From a virus (lineage: Duplodnaviria; Caudoviricetes), in the IMG/VR virus record IMGVR_UViG_3300048687_000048, positions 1 to 55,454 of that record: a stretch of DNA of 55,454 nt; one strand, written 5' to 3'. Position 1 is the stretch's first letter, and each line of letters opens with the position of its first letter. The notes beneath the pieces were generated by a model. That model was not told the DNA's origin. It saw only the letters and a list, made by a program, of their open reading frames with translations, and ran no database searches. Of the stretch, positions 29,962 to 39,555 are shown piece after piece. The translations under genes were made by a program, and so were the position numbers.

Positions 29962-31364
29962 CCGCCATCTTCTCGACGTTCTTCCGCACGCAGTTGGCAG
30001 CCACGCCCACGCTCATGGACAGCGCTCGTATCACCATGCTGTTCTTCAGGGAGGCGCCCTCCTTCAGCACCAACGATCCCCGATACATCGGTTTCGATGA
30101 AGCCGAGGACCTGTTCAACCAGGCCGGCTGGGTCCCCGCAGCCGGGACCGGGCTACCGCTGGCCTCGCCGGCCAGCGACCTGCTCGTCAGCGTGCGCTCG
30201 CAGGGCATCAACCGCTACGTCATGTGGTCGCAGTACCTGATCCCGGCCGACGTGGTGCCGGTCGAGGTGAAGGCGGTGGCCTTCGTCTACAAGGGCACCA
30301 TCGGCGGCGTCTCGGACCCGGTGATCCTCATCTCCAACACGCCCTTCGGTGACCAGCGGACGGTCATCAAGGGCAACGACGGCATTACTTCGGCGCCTGA
30401 CCCCACCCTCTCGGGCTCCAACCGCTGGCTCTTCTCGTGGGCCATCCCGGCCGGTGGTCAGACCACGGTGCAGGCCATCGAGGGCACGCTGGCGCTGACC
30501 AAGAGCCCGCCGGCCTTCGAGACGAGCCACACCCAGCACGTCTGGGTGTACCCCCAGCGGGCCAACATGATCGCCAACCCCAGCTTCGAGGCACCGGGCA
30601 CCAACTACTGGGCCTGTAACCGGACTATCACACGAGTCGCAGACCCCGCTCCTCTCGGTGACGGCCGTCAGAGCGGCGGGGCCTGGGCTGGCAAGTTCGC
30701 CGGGGCGGCGCCGATCATCATCGAGTCCAACGTCTTCCCGACCAGCCGGGAGGAGTACTGGACGGTGCAGTTCATGGCGAAGGGCACCGGCACGGTCAAG
30801 GTCGGCCTGGTGTGGTGGGACGACGACTACGCCGAGACGGCGGTGGACTGGGGCTCGGAGACGTGGACGCTCAACCCCGGCGCCTACATCCAGATCGTCA
30901 TCTGCCGCACGCTCTACCAGACCTACCAGGCGATGCTCCGCATCGAGGTCCAGGGCACCGACATCACGCTCGACCGGGTGCTGGTGGAGCGGGGCTTCCT
31001 CAAGGACTGGCCCTACTTCGACGGCGGCACCACCTACGGCGCCCGTGACGACTTCTCCTGGTACGGCGGCACCAACCGCCAGGGGGCCAGCTACAGCCTC
31101 TGGTACAACAACAAGCGGGCCACCTACGGCCGGCTGTTCCACCGGGACGTGGCCGACGACGTGTTACTCACGGACGAGGTGGAGGCTGAGCAGGGCAAGG
31201 TCTACCAGTGGGTGCCGGCGGGGACCATCGTTGTCCCCCACATCGACGTCTTGTACCCCGATGACCTGCAGGCGCCGGTGATCCCCAAGACGCCCGGCGT
31301 GGTCCTGCCGTACCGCAGCAACATCTACACCGACTACGACAAGGTTCTGAATCCTTGGGTGTAG
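29958..31364 (+). CDS. Tail/baseplate protein with CBM-like domain
   Basis: RANMIANPSFE, LDRVLVE.G...YFDG and WVPAG motifs. Confidence 0.6.
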   Translation: MTAIFSTFFRTQLAATPTLMDSARITMLFFREAPSFSTNDPRYIGFDEAEDLFNQAGWVPAAGTGLPLASPASDLLVSVRSQGINRYVMWSQYLIPADVVPVEVKAVAFVYKGTIGGVSDPVILISNTPFGDQRTVIKGNDGITSAPDPTLSGSNRWLFSWAIPAGGQTTVQAIEGTLALTKSPPAFETSHTQHVWVYPQRANMIANPSFEAPGTNYWACNRTITRVADPAPLGDGRQSGGAWAGKFAGAAPIIIESNVFPTSREEYWTVQFMAKGTGTVKVGLVWWDDDYAETAVDWGSETWTLNPGAYIQIVICRTLYQTYQAMLRIEVQGTDITLDRVLVERGFLKDWPYFDGGTTYGARDDFSWYGGTNRQGASYSLWYNNKRATYGRLFHRDVADDVLLTDEVEAEQGKVYQWVPAGTIVVPHIDVLYPDDLQAPVIPKTPGVVLPYRSNIYTDYDKVLNPWV

Positions 31365-31377
31365 CCTCGCCCACCTC

Positions 31378-31644
31378 ATGGTGGAGCAGGTCATCGTCGT
31401 GTTCGGGGTGTGGGCGCTGTGGAGCCTCCTGGCCCTGTTCCTGGAGGCTTCACCGTGGGTGTGGATCGCCGTCCCCCTGGTCCTTGGGGTCGCCGGTCAA
31501 GTCCTGATCGATCACGACAAGTGGTGGCTGGGCCTCGGGCTCGGTGGTGCAGCGATCTTCCTCATGCGACTAGCAGATCTGTTGCTGGTAACTACCGACT
31601 GGATTAGGGTCCTCGTCCTGCGGGCCGGCCGAACGAGACAATGA
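31378..31644 (+). CDS. Small multi-pass membrane protein (possible holin)
   Basis: Three hydrophobic segments and a basic C-terminus; end of the tail operon. Confidence 0.5.
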   Translation: MVEQVIVVFGVWALWSLLALFLEASPWVWIAVPLVLGVAGQVLIDHDKWWLGLGLGGAAIFLMRLADLLLVTTDWIRVLVLRAGRTRQ

Positions 31645-31656
31645 GGAGAATCCATC

Positions 31657-32532
31657 GTGGCAATGCATGTCGTCCTGGGCGACGGCGAGATGACCCGCAA
31701 GGAACTCACGGAGACGTTGAAGGACTTGTGGGACAAGGCGGGGGAGGAACCGTTCTGGTTCATCCTCCAGGGCAAGAGCGAGCCCACCGACACTGACCAG
31801 GCGTTGGTGTCGTGGCTGCACAAGAACGAGATCTACTACGAGGTGGTGACCGACGACGAGGACTCGTTGTCGGACATCTACACCCAGGCCCAGGAAACGC
31901 ACACCGCCAAGCGCCTGGCCCAGAAGGTGGGCAACCTCCTGCAGACCAAGCCGGAAGACGACGAGGACGCCCTGATCCTGGCCCTCTTCGTGTCGGAGGA
32001 TCCGGCCGCTGAGGAAGACCGGTGGCTCAACACCGTCATCCGCTCGGCCATGGACGAGGGCTTCCGTGCCCTCGCCCTCAACGACGGCCTCGTGGAGGTC
32101 CAGGTAGACGGCGGTGCTCCCGCCGAGGAAGAGGAAGCGGTGGCTGAGGCCCCCAAGCCCAAGAAGGCGCCGGCCAAGAAGGCCGCTGCCAAGGCCGTCG
32201 AGGCCGAGTCCGATGGTGAGGGGGACGCCGAGGGCACCCTCAGCGTCGTGGGCGCCTACACCAGGGCCGAACTGGAAGACATGGACATGGCAGCGTTGAA
32301 GGAGATCGCCGCCACCAAGGGCATCGAGTTGCCGCCTCGGACCAGGATGAACACCTACATCGACCACATCCTGGGTGAGGTCAAGTCCGACGCTCCCGCC
32401 GTGGAGGTCAGCGAGCCCCCGGTGACGGTGGTGCTCTCGGAGCCGATCACCACCAACGGTGACCTGCCCCCGATCGATCAGATCGTGGAGCAGGTTCTCG
32501 ACCGACTGGCAGCGCTCCTTCAACAGCGCTAG
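31657..32532 (+). CDS. Acidic hypothetical protein with Rho-N/HeH-like nucleic-acid-binding motif
   Basis: RBS GAGGAG; KKAPAKKAAAK linker; YTRAELEDMDMAALKEIAATKGI. Confidence 0.6.
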   Translation: MAMHVVLGDGEMTRKELTETLKDLWDKAGEEPFWFILQGKSEPTDTDQALVSWLHKNEIYYEVVTDDEDSLSDIYTQAQETHTAKRLAQKVGNLLQTKPEDDEDALILALFVSEDPAAEEDRWLNTVIRSAMDEGFRALALNDGLVEVQVDGGAPAEEEEAVAEAPKPKKAPAKKAAAKAVEAESDGEGDAEGTLSVVGAYTRAELEDMDMAALKEIAATKGIELPPRTRMNTYIDHILGEVKSDAPAVEVSEPPVTVVLSEPITTNGDLPPIDQIVEQVLDRLAALLQQR

Positions 32533-32562
32533 GCGTCACCCACCACGCCTCGTCCAGTAGGC

Positions 32563-32602
32563 AATGACCCCCCGTCCGGTCCTCCCGGCGGGGGGTCGTT
32601 TG
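32563..32602 (+). terminator. Intrinsic terminator
   Basis: AATGACCCCCCG.CCGG / CCGGCGGGGGGTCGTT hairpin followed by T, after the late operon. Confidence 0.7.
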
Positions 32603-32699
32603 CGTTCTGGGGAGGCATACCGCCGTATCACACATAGATGTGGCGGCGAAGGAGCGCTGGGCTCCTCCGTGTCATGTGACTCACGTCACTGTCGCTTCT

Positions 32700-32722
32700 G
32701 TCAAAGATACGGTATCTTTGAC
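32700..32722. promoter_or_regulatory. Perfect 11-bp inverted repeat, probable operator
   Basis: GTCAAAGATAC-G-GTATCTTTGAC, about 30 bp upstream of ATG 32754. Confidence 0.65.
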
Positions 32723-32753
32723 TCGTGACACACAGCCGAGCGAAGAAGGCGTC

Positions 32754-33839
32754 ATGAATCCCGATGAACTGAACGAGGCGCTGGAGCAGGGCTACGACAT
32801 CCCCGTCGAGTTGATCGACTCGCTGCTCAACCGGGACGCCCGCTCCGTCGCCCTGATGGCGGTCGCTCTGGGCTGGAACATCAGCAAGACCTCCGGTGGC
32901 ATCCACCTGGTGGCCGAGGACAACACGAGCATCCAGCTTCCGAAGAACAGCGGCCTCAACTTCAAGGTCTTCCGTTCCCGTGTCCGCACGGTCTGCCGGC
33001 ACGGCGTGATCCGCATCCGCATCCCGCTCCTGGAGTGGGTCACCCAGGTGATCCGCATCACCAAGATCGACCAGTCGCACGCCCAGGTGATGCGAGAGGC
33101 CGTCAACACCATCACCTCCGAGCAGCACTGGCAGAACGTCGGTGGCGGCACGCTGGACGACGGTGGCGGCAACGTGCGGGTGATGACGACGGGCGATGGC
33201 GAGGTCATCCCGGTGCTCTCTGGTGACGCTCTCCATATCACACGGGAAGAGCCGTGGAGCGCCCACGGACGGGTCCGCTCTGGTGGTTCCGAGACGTACC
33301 CCAGCGACGCCGTGATGGAGCGCCAGTGGAGCGACGGGCACACCGACTACGCCTGCCGTTGGCCCGACTGCGACTACGTCAACGACAAGGCCCGCTCGAC
33401 GGCTGCCCACTACGGCGCCCACCTGCGAGGCCAGGGGAAGTCCCAAGCGCCCGAGGCCGATGGCCTGGACGAAGCGTGGGTGCCCCGTCAGACTGCACGT
33501 ATCACACGACTGCGGCGGGAACTGGACGGCGCCTTGATCGCTGCCCTCGCCGCCGGCTTGGACTTACGGAACCCCGAGTTCACCCAGTTCGTGGCCCAGT
33601 GGATCATCGACCACCGCATCGAGAAGGCAGGAACCACCACCGACGACGGTGAGGACGAGGGTCCGCTGTCGCTGGAGCAGATCGTGGACAAGATCTCCGC
33701 CCTGGCCGACCGTGGCCGCTCTCGTGTGTTACGGGAGCAGATTGATACACTCAACGCCCTGCTGGACGAGAGTGAGGGAGCCCGCCGCAAGGCCGAGGGG
33801 AACCTGCACGCCCTCCGAGACATGTTGAACGAGGAATGA
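32754..33839 (+). CDS. Hypothetical protein with C2H2-like zinc finger and C-terminal coiled coil
   Basis: YACRWPDCDY...AAHYGAH; ATG 32754 follows AAGG. Confidence 0.6.
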   Translation: MNPDELNEALEQGYDIPVELIDSLLNRDARSVALMAVALGWNISKTSGGIHLVAEDNTSIQLPKNSGLNFKVFRSRVRTVCRHGVIRIRIPLLEWVTQVIRITKIDQSHAQVMREAVNTITSEQHWQNVGGGTLDDGGGNVRVMTTGDGEVIPVLSGDALHITREEPWSAHGRVRSGGSETYPSDAVMERQWSDGHTDYACRWPDCDYVNDKARSTAAHYGAHLRGQGKSQAPEADGLDEAWVPRQTARITRLRRELDGALIAALAAGLDLRNPEFTQFVAQWIIDHRIEKAGTTTDDGEDEGPLSLEQIVDKISALADRGRSRVLREQIDTLNALLDESEGARRKAEGNLHALRDMLNEE

Positions 33840-34306
33840 TGGGACTCGACACCACACACGACTGCTTCCACGCCAGCTACAGCACGTTCGCCTTCTGGCG
33901 CAACGACATCGGCCGCATCCTCGGCTGGGAGATCGAGGACCGCCAGACCGGTTCCGGCGAGGGCTACGTGATCCCCGAGGGCCGTGTGCCCCAACAGGAT
34001 CCGCTGCCGGACGAAGAGGTCACCGAGGACGGCGAGACGTACACCATTCACTGGAGCACGGCCTACGACAACAAGGTCTGGCTGGGCCACTGGGACACCG
34101 ATCCCGACGACGTCATCGACGTGCTGATGCTGCACTCCGACTGCGAGGGCATCATCCCTCACCGCTTCCTGGAGCCGCTGTGCCATCGCCTGATGGACAT
34201 CATGGAGCAACAGGAGCCTGACTCCTGGCAGCGCCTGACCACGGGTCAGTTCTGCGCCGGCCTGATCGAAGCCCACCTCCGCAACGAAGACGTGGAGTTC
34301 CACTGA
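33836..34306 (+). CDS. Hypothetical phage protein
   Basis: MGLD...SYSTF..WR...L..HSDCEG pattern; ATGA coupling. Confidence 0.6.
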   Translation: MMGLDTTHDCFHASYSTFAFWRNDIGRILGWEIEDRQTGSGEGYVIPEGRVPQQDPLPDEEVTEDGETYTIHWSTAYDNKVWLGHWDTDPDDVIDVLMLHSDCEGIIPHRFLEPLCHRLMDIMEQQEPDSWQRLTTGQFCAGLIEAHLRNEDVEFH

Positions 34307-34656
34307 TGAGCACCAACAAGGTGATGGCCTTGATCGCTGTCGGACTGTGGGCCATCGTCGGCCTGCTGACGGCCTGCAGTGACGACGACGAGGACGCCCG
34401 TGCCGACCTGCCGGTGGACGCCCAGCACAACGACACCAGCGAGTCGATGACCATCGTGTTCCCGGACGGTTATCCCAACTCGACGCACAAGTGCATCACC
34501 CTGGCCGGAGTCGTCATCGGCGTCTGGACGACCACCGATCGCACCGTGATGTGGATCTACAACGACTGGGCCTGCGAGGGCTCCAGCCGTGAGTCCGACA
34601 TGACCATCATCAACGGCGTGCCCCGAGCGATCGTGAACGCAGGCACCGGTGGATGA
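34306..34656 (+). CDS. Lipoprotein
   Basis: Signal peptide with lipobox LTAC. Confidence 0.65.
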   Translation: MSTNKVMALIAVGLWAIVGLLTACSDDDEDARADLPVDAQHNDTSESMTIVFPDGYPNSTHKCITLAGVVIGVWTTTDRTVMWIYNDWACEGSSRESDMTIINGVPRAIVNAGTGG

Positions 34657-35032
34657 CATCCGAGCCACGCCCTGCGTGGCCTGCCCGTACCGCCTCGACG
34701 TGCCGTCCGGGGTGTGGTCGTTCGATGAGTACGAGAAGCTGCGGGCCTACGACGAGCCCACCGGCGACCAGCCGTGGATGCCCTTCGCCTGCCACGCCAC
34801 GCCCAACCAGATGTGCAACGGCTGGGCTGTGTGTCATACAAGCAGGGGCAACGAGCACGATCTGCTGGCCCTCCGCATCATCGGATACCCGGCTATCCCC
34901 ACGAGCAAGGTGCCGCTGCATGCCTCGGGAAACCTCGCCGCCGACTTCGGTGAGGAAGACATCGATGACCCCAGCGACGAGGCCATGGCGATGGTGGACA
35001 AGCTGATGGAGCGCCACGAGAGGTTGCGGTGA
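34649..35032 (+). CDS. Cys/His-rich protein (DUF6283-like)
   Basis: PCVACPYRLDVPSGVW...EYEKL..YD...FACH...CNGW. Confidence 0.6.
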   Translation: MDDIRATPCVACPYRLDVPSGVWSFDEYEKLRAYDEPTGDQPWMPFACHATPNQMCNGWAVCHTSRGNEHDLLALRIIGYPAIPTSKVPLHASGNLAADFGEEDIDDPSDEAMAMVDKLMERHERLR

Positions 35033-35127
35033 TCCCCAGCAGCCCATGGGGGATCAGCCGGGCGCTGTGGCTGGTCGGCATCCTGTGGGTGACCTCCACC
35101 CTCTGCGTGATGTTCTGGCCGACATGA
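35029..35127 (+). CDS. Micropeptide, single TM (32 aa)
   Basis: MIPSSPWGISRALWLVGILWVTSTLCVMFWPT; GTGA overlap with the upstream stop. Confidence 0.45.
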   Translation: MIPSSPWGISRALWLVGILWVTSTLCVMFWPT

Positions 35128-35231
35128 TCATGCTCGCCGTGCTCGGCGTCGTCGTCCTGCAGATCGTCATCTGCATCATTAGGTACCTGGCCGGCATCGT
35201 CCGTGACGTCAACCGCTGGGACCGCTGGTGA
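35124..35231 (+). CDS. Micropeptide, single TM (35 aa)
   Basis: MIMLAVLGVVVLQIVICIIRYLAGIVRDVNRWDRW; ATGA overlap. Confidence 0.5.
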   Translation: MIMLAVLGVVVLQIVICIIRYLAGIVRDVNRWDRW

Positions 35232-35314
35232 AGACCGACTATCGCATGCTGGCCTGGATCTGCCTGGGCTCGGCCGTCATGGTGCTTGCGCTCATCGCCG
35301 CCCTAACGTTGTGA
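35228..35314 (+). CDS. Micropeptide, single TM (28 aa)
   Basis: MKTDYRMLAWICLGSAVMVLALIAALTL; GTGA overlap. Confidence 0.45.
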   Translation: MKTDYRMLAWICLGSAVMVLALIAALTL

Positions 35315-35316
35315 CG

Positions 35317-35523
35317 ATGTCGAACTTCCAGGACGATGACCACGCACTGCGGACCGGGATGTTCCTCGGCTCCTTGATGAAGGCCGGCATCATGGTGATC
35401 CCCGAGATCGATGACGAGCAGAACTACACGCCCGACATCACGGTCGTCTTCCCCGGTGACCGCAACGTGGACGAGTTCAGCGTGCATGTCCGGGTGCTCC
35501 CCGGCCCACCAGAGGCCGTGTGA
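35317..35523 (+). CDS. Hypothetical protein
   Basis: MSNFQDDDHALRTGMFLG...; starts 2 nt after the previous stop. Confidence 0.5.
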   Translation: MSNFQDDDHALRTGMFLGSLMKAGIMVIPEIDDEQNYTPDITVVFPGDRNVDEFSVHVRVLPGPPEAV

Positions 35524-35586
35524 TACCGCCGTAAGATACCGGCGGGTACAGCCCGCAGTTGCTAGCCACAAATCTGGCTCTTCGTC

Positions 35587-35616
35587 TTGCTCCGCTCTTA
35601 CCCACGAGTCTAAGGT
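35587..35616 (+). promoter_or_regulatory. Putative SigA-type promoter
   Basis: TTGCTC-N18-TAAGGT upstream of the 35735 gene. Confidence 0.35.
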
Positions 35617-35734
35617 GACCCCCGTGCCGGGCGGCACAGAGAGGGAGGGAGGCGGGACGTGAACAACACTTCTCGGCGGACCTCTGTTCTGCGATGCCTG
35701 GTACTTCCATCAAGCACCTACAGGGAGTAGATAC

Positions 35735-36796
35735 ATGCATCGCAGGAACACGAAGCGGGTTGCCGCCGTGCTCGCAGTGGCAGGCTTCGGCCTCGCCACC
35801 GCACACGGCGCCAACGCCGCCGACGCTGTGGCCCAGTCGCAGCACAGCCAGCCGGCACCGGAGACGGAGTCGGAGGTCGATGACCTCGTCGTCCAGGACG
35901 CCAGCGTGGACGTGACGGTTCGCCAGCACGACTACGCCAACTCGGGGGACAACCTGGCGTTCAACTGGACGGACCAGTTCAACGGCAGCCACCAGGACAG
36001 CGACTCGGATGCCAACGGCGGCGACTCGTCCGCCCACGCCACCGACTTCGACTTCGGCTCGGACGTCGATGCGTCAGCGGCCTCCACCACGGGTGCGGCT
36101 GCGGCCGAGGCCATCGTGGCGGCGGACTCGCTGGGCGGCGACGGCGGGACGTCGGACTCGACCAACGACAACGGCGGCACCAACGACGCCACCGTGGACA
36201 ACACCATCGCTGCCGGGGCCGCTGCGGCCACCAACACCATCACCGGTGGGGTGACCCAGCGTCAGGACAACACGTCCGAGAGCGCCGCCACGGCGACCGG
36301 CGGAGCGGCCACGTCCGCCTCGACGGCCGGCGGGGCGACCGCTGCCTCCAGCACCCCGACGCCGGCTTCGGCCGAGGTCGAGGCGAAGGTGATCCAGCGG
36401 GCGAGCACCGACATCTACGTGAGCCAGGGCGCCGCCGCCAACAGCGGTGGGAACGTGGCCGTCAACGCCACCAGCCAGGGCAACTACTCGGGCCAGGACA
36501 GCGACAGCGACGCCAACGGTGGCGACTCGCACGCCACGGCGTCGGCTCCGGAGGCCTCGACGGCCTCCACGGGTGGCGCCTCGGCGGCTTCGGCCTCCGG
36601 TACGGCCACGTCCGAGGGTGGCGGTGGTGGCGAGTCCACCAGCGCCAACACCAACTCGGGTGCCAACACGGCTGCGGCCACCAACAGCATCACGACGGGT
36701 GCGGCCACGGCCTCCAACTCGGCGTCGTTCACGGTGACCCAGACGCAGACCAACGACAGCACCTCGACGGCGGACGCCACCGCTGACGGCGGCTGA
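35735..36796 (+). CDS. Secreted Ala/Ser/Thr/Asn/Asp-rich repeat protein
   Basis: Sec signal (RRNTKRVAAVLAVAGFGLATAHGANA); two copies of ANSG.N.A.N.T.Q.N...QDSDSDANGGDS. Confidence 0.75.
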   Translation: MHRRNTKRVAAVLAVAGFGLATAHGANAADAVAQSQHSQPAPETESEVDDLVVQDASVDVTVRQHDYANSGDNLAFNWTDQFNGSHQDSDSDANGGDSSAHATDFDFGSDVDASAASTTGAAAAEAIVAADSLGGDGGTSDSTNDNGGTNDATVDNTIAAGAAAATNTITGGVTQRQDNTSESAATATGGAATSASTAGGATAASSTPTPASAEVEAKVIQRASTDIYVSQGAAANSGGNVAVNATSQGNYSGQDSDSDANGGDSHATASAPEASTASTGGASAASASGTATSEGGGGGESTSANTNSGANTAAATNSITTGAATASNSASFTVTQTQTNDSTSTADATADGG

Positions 36797-36824
36797 TCTC
36801 CCAACCTCCATCGGGAGATGACGT

Positions 36825-36848
36825 GGGCGGGGGCTTCGGTCCCCGCCC
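36825..36848 (+). terminator. GC-rich hairpin between the two secreted-protein genes
   Basis: GGGCGGGGGC-TTCG-GTCCCCGCCC with no U-tract (attenuator or mRNA stabiliser). Confidence 0.5.
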
Positions 36849-36876
36849 TCGTCTCGTTGAAAGGGCGGCACTGAAC

Positions 36877-38964
36877 ATGTACAGAACCAAGACCATCGTG
36901 GGGGCGGCGCTCGTCGCCACGATCACGATGTTCACGACGACGGTGGCACGGGCGGAGGATGCGGAACCTGCGCCCTCGACCACGGTCGTGGAACAGGAGG
37001 CAGCACCCACCACGACGATGGAGATCGTCGTCCCCGTGCAGGAGCCAGACCCGGAACCTCAGGCTGAGCCTGAGCCCGAGCCGGCCACCACCACCACGGC
37101 CACCACGGAGCCGGCCACGCAGGACACGAGTCCTGCGCCTGCCGCTGTCACGGAGGTCACGACCGCCGAGACGGCTGCGAGCACCACGGCCCCGCCGACG
37201 ACCAATGCCCAGCAGACGCACGATCAATCCACGGTGATCACCGGGACCCAGGTGGCGGAAGCCAACACGGGGACCAACACGGCGGTCAACGAGCAGGATC
37301 CGCAAAGCGGGGTATCGGTCGGCCTCGGCACGGCGGTGGACACCGGCACGGCCGACGCCATCGGCAGTGTGGACGTCAACACGGTGACCCAGGAGGCCAC
37401 CGTGGTCCTCACCGACCAGGCGGTGGCGAACCTGCTGCAGATCGCCCTGATCCTCAACATCGGGGCGGCGCTGGCGAACAGCGGGAGCAACGGGGTCGTC
37501 TCGTCACCGGACGGGACCTCCAACCCCGGTGCCATCGACAGCGGCACGGCCACGGCGATCGGCAACTCGATCGCCAGCTACATCACCCAGGCGGCGAACA
37601 CGACGGCCGACAACGCCGTCGATGACTCCGCCTCGCAGTTGGCGATCAGCCTGTTCATCGGGCTGGCCCTCGCCAACAGCGGCGCCAACAGCGTCCTCGG
37701 GAACGGCGTCGCCGGCTCCGGGGGCGACATCGGCACGGGTGATGCCTCGGCCATCGGCAACGACTCCATCACCGACATCACGCAGCGGGCTCTCCTGCTG
37801 GGTGCTGACCAGGCGCAGTTGAACGTGCTGCAACGGGCCACGGTGCTCAACCTCGGCTTCGCCCTCGCCAACAGTGGCCTCAACGACATCTCCGGTGTCG
37901 CTGGGAGCCTGCTGGCGGCGAGCGACGACGAGGATGACGCTCTGGCCCAGCAGTTGTTCACCATGCTCCTGCCGGCGCTCCTGCAGAGCTACGGCTACGG
38001 CGTGGGGTCGGGGTCCATCGACTCCGGTGACGCCAACGCCATCGGGAACCAGAGCCAGACGTACGTCGAGCAGTTCGCTGGGGCAACGGCAAGCGGTGAC
38101 GGCATCGCTTCCATCCTCCAGGACGTGCTGGTGGCGAACGTCGGCGGGGCTGCGGCCAACTCGGGGCTCAACAGCCTCGGCACGGCCCGGACCCTGGACG
38201 CCCAGACGGCCACAGCGGTCGTCCAGATGGCGGCGTTCCTGGCCCACCTGCTGGCGATGGTGCATCACTCCTCGGACACGGCCACGGCGCTGGCCGCACA
38301 GACCCAGAGCATCGAGATCCCCTTCGGGGACCTGATCTTGACGCTCGACGGTCAGTTCGGCGCCATGGACACCTTCCTCACCCAGGGTGAGGCGAGGGCC
38401 AACATCCGTCAGATCTCGATCATCGTCAGCTTGGGCGTGGCCCAGGCCAACAGCGGCCTCAACGCCGTGGCGACGATGTCGGACTCCCGTCTGCTGTCAG
38501 CGGTCAACGCTGCCCTCCCCGATGTCATCGGGACGGGCGACGCTGCTGCTCGCAACCAGACGTTGGTCCAGATCTGTCAGCGGGTGAACGCCCTCAACGT
38601 GGAGTGCCTGGCACCGCCGAAGCCGCCGGTGGATGAGCCGCCGGGCGGCACACCGTCGGGGGAGCCCCCCGTCGTGAACCCTGGTACCCCGGTACCAGAG
38701 ACTCCTGAGCCCGCTATCGCTCTTCCCGATTCGGGAGGGGCCCCGGAGACGGTGAGCTACCTCGTCCCCGAGGCGGGACCGATCGGCCTGCGGGCGCCGA
38801 CCGATTCCTCCACGCACGGATCCAGGACGGGGCCGCTGGCCTTCACGGGATCCAACGCCATGACCATGATCTGGCTCGCCACCACGGTGGCGCTGCTCGG
38901 TCTGGCCCTGGTGTGTATGACATACCGGCGCAAGCCAGTTGCAGGGGCTCACTTCCGCAAGTAG
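36877..38964 (+). CDS. Secreted, sortase-anchored (LAFTG) repeat protein
   Basis: Signal peptide ending ARA; multiple ANSG.N / I..G.A.AIGN repeats; Pro-rich stalk; LAFTG + TM + RRK. Confidence 0.8.
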   Translation: MYRTKTIVGAALVATITMFTTTVARAEDAEPAPSTTVVEQEAAPTTTMEIVVPVQEPDPEPQAEPEPEPATTTTATTEPATQDTSPAPAAVTEVTTAETAASTTAPPTTNAQQTHDQSTVITGTQVAEANTGTNTAVNEQDPQSGVSVGLGTAVDTGTADAIGSVDVNTVTQEATVVLTDQAVANLLQIALILNIGAALANSGSNGVVSSPDGTSNPGAIDSGTATAIGNSIASYITQAANTTADNAVDDSASQLAISLFIGLALANSGANSVLGNGVAGSGGDIGTGDASAIGNDSITDITQRALLLGADQAQLNVLQRATVLNLGFALANSGLNDISGVAGSLLAASDDEDDALAQQLFTMLLPALLQSYGYGVGSGSIDSGDANAIGNQSQTYVEQFAGATASGDGIASILQDVLVANVGGAAANSGLNSLGTARTLDAQTATAVVQMAAFLAHLLAMVHHSSDTATALAAQTQSIEIPFGDLILTLDGQFGAMDTFLTQGEARANIRQISIIVSLGVAQANSGLNAVATMSDSRLLSAVNAALPDVIGTGDAAARNQTLVQICQRVNALNVECLAPPKPPVDEPPGGTPSGEPPVVNPGTPVPETPEPAIALPDSGGAPETVSYLVPEAGPIGLRAPTDSSTHGSRTGPLAFTGSNAMTMIWLATTVALLGLALVCMTYRRKPVAGAHFRK

Positions 38965-38988
38965 AGTTCCTAACAAGGCGGGCAACCT

Positions 38989-39020
38989 AAAGAGCCCCTC
39001 CCGCAAGGGAGGGGCTCTTT
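38989..39020. terminator. Bidirectional intrinsic terminator
   Basis: AAAGAGCCCCTCCC-GCAA-GGGAGGGGCTCTTT between convergent genes. Confidence 0.85.
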
Positions 39021-39051
39021 GTTGTACCGGCGCCAGAACTAGCCGCTGGAG

Positions 39052-39555
39052 CTAGCTCGCCCGCTGCCGCCGTGCCCGCTGAGCCTGACGGCTCTCCCGA
39101 CGCTCGTCGCCGTTGTCGGAGTCGAAGTCCTCTTCGTAGTAGCCGTAGGGCTCGTCGTCATCGACTCGCTCGTCCCGCTCGGCCTCACGCTCCATGTAGC
39201 GCAGATTGTCCCGGTAGCCGAGGACCATCTCATCGACCCACGAGCGCTGGACGTCGAACGCCTGGCCCATCAGGTCGAAGGTGGTCCGCAGCATCTCACC
39301 GGGGCGCAGGAAGGCCGGCGGGATCAGCAGGTTGACCAGGTCGGTCGTCGCTCGCACGTAGGAGCGGACCGCATCACGGCTGGCGTTGGCGCCGTGGCGA
39401 GCTTCCCGCCGAGTGCGATCACGCACCTGCCGGCGCTGCCGATCGGACTCGTCCTGCCAACGGTCCCGCTGCTTGCGGGCCTCACTGCGGTCGTCCTCGG
39501 CGGACGTGCTGATGTCCTTCGTGTCGTGTTCGGCGGTTGCCGATGTCGAAGCCAT
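39052..39555 (-). CDS. Hypothetical charged helical protein
   Basis: ATG at 39555 after GAGAGG; central amphipathic segment is loosely phasin-like. Confidence 0.55.
   Translation of the reverse strand: MASTSATAEHDTKDISTSAEDDRSEARKQRDRWQDESDRQRRQVRDRTRREARHGANASRDAVRSYVRATTDLVNLLIPPAFLRPGEMLRTTFDLMGQAFDVQRSWVDEMVLGYRDNLRYMEREAERDERVDDDEPYGYYEEDFDSDNGDERRESRQAQRARRQRAS

Noticed and set aside
16499-31364. Extracellular contractile injection system or tailocin rather than phage
   Set aside because: It is contiguous with neck genes and a full phage replication module (initiator, DnaB, primase, SSB, polymerase), and no eCIS AAA ATPase is seen.
35524-35734. Riboswitch in the 210-nt intergenic region
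   Set aside because: Only short hairpins are visible and I could not match any riboswitch consensus by eye. An Rfam scan would be needed.
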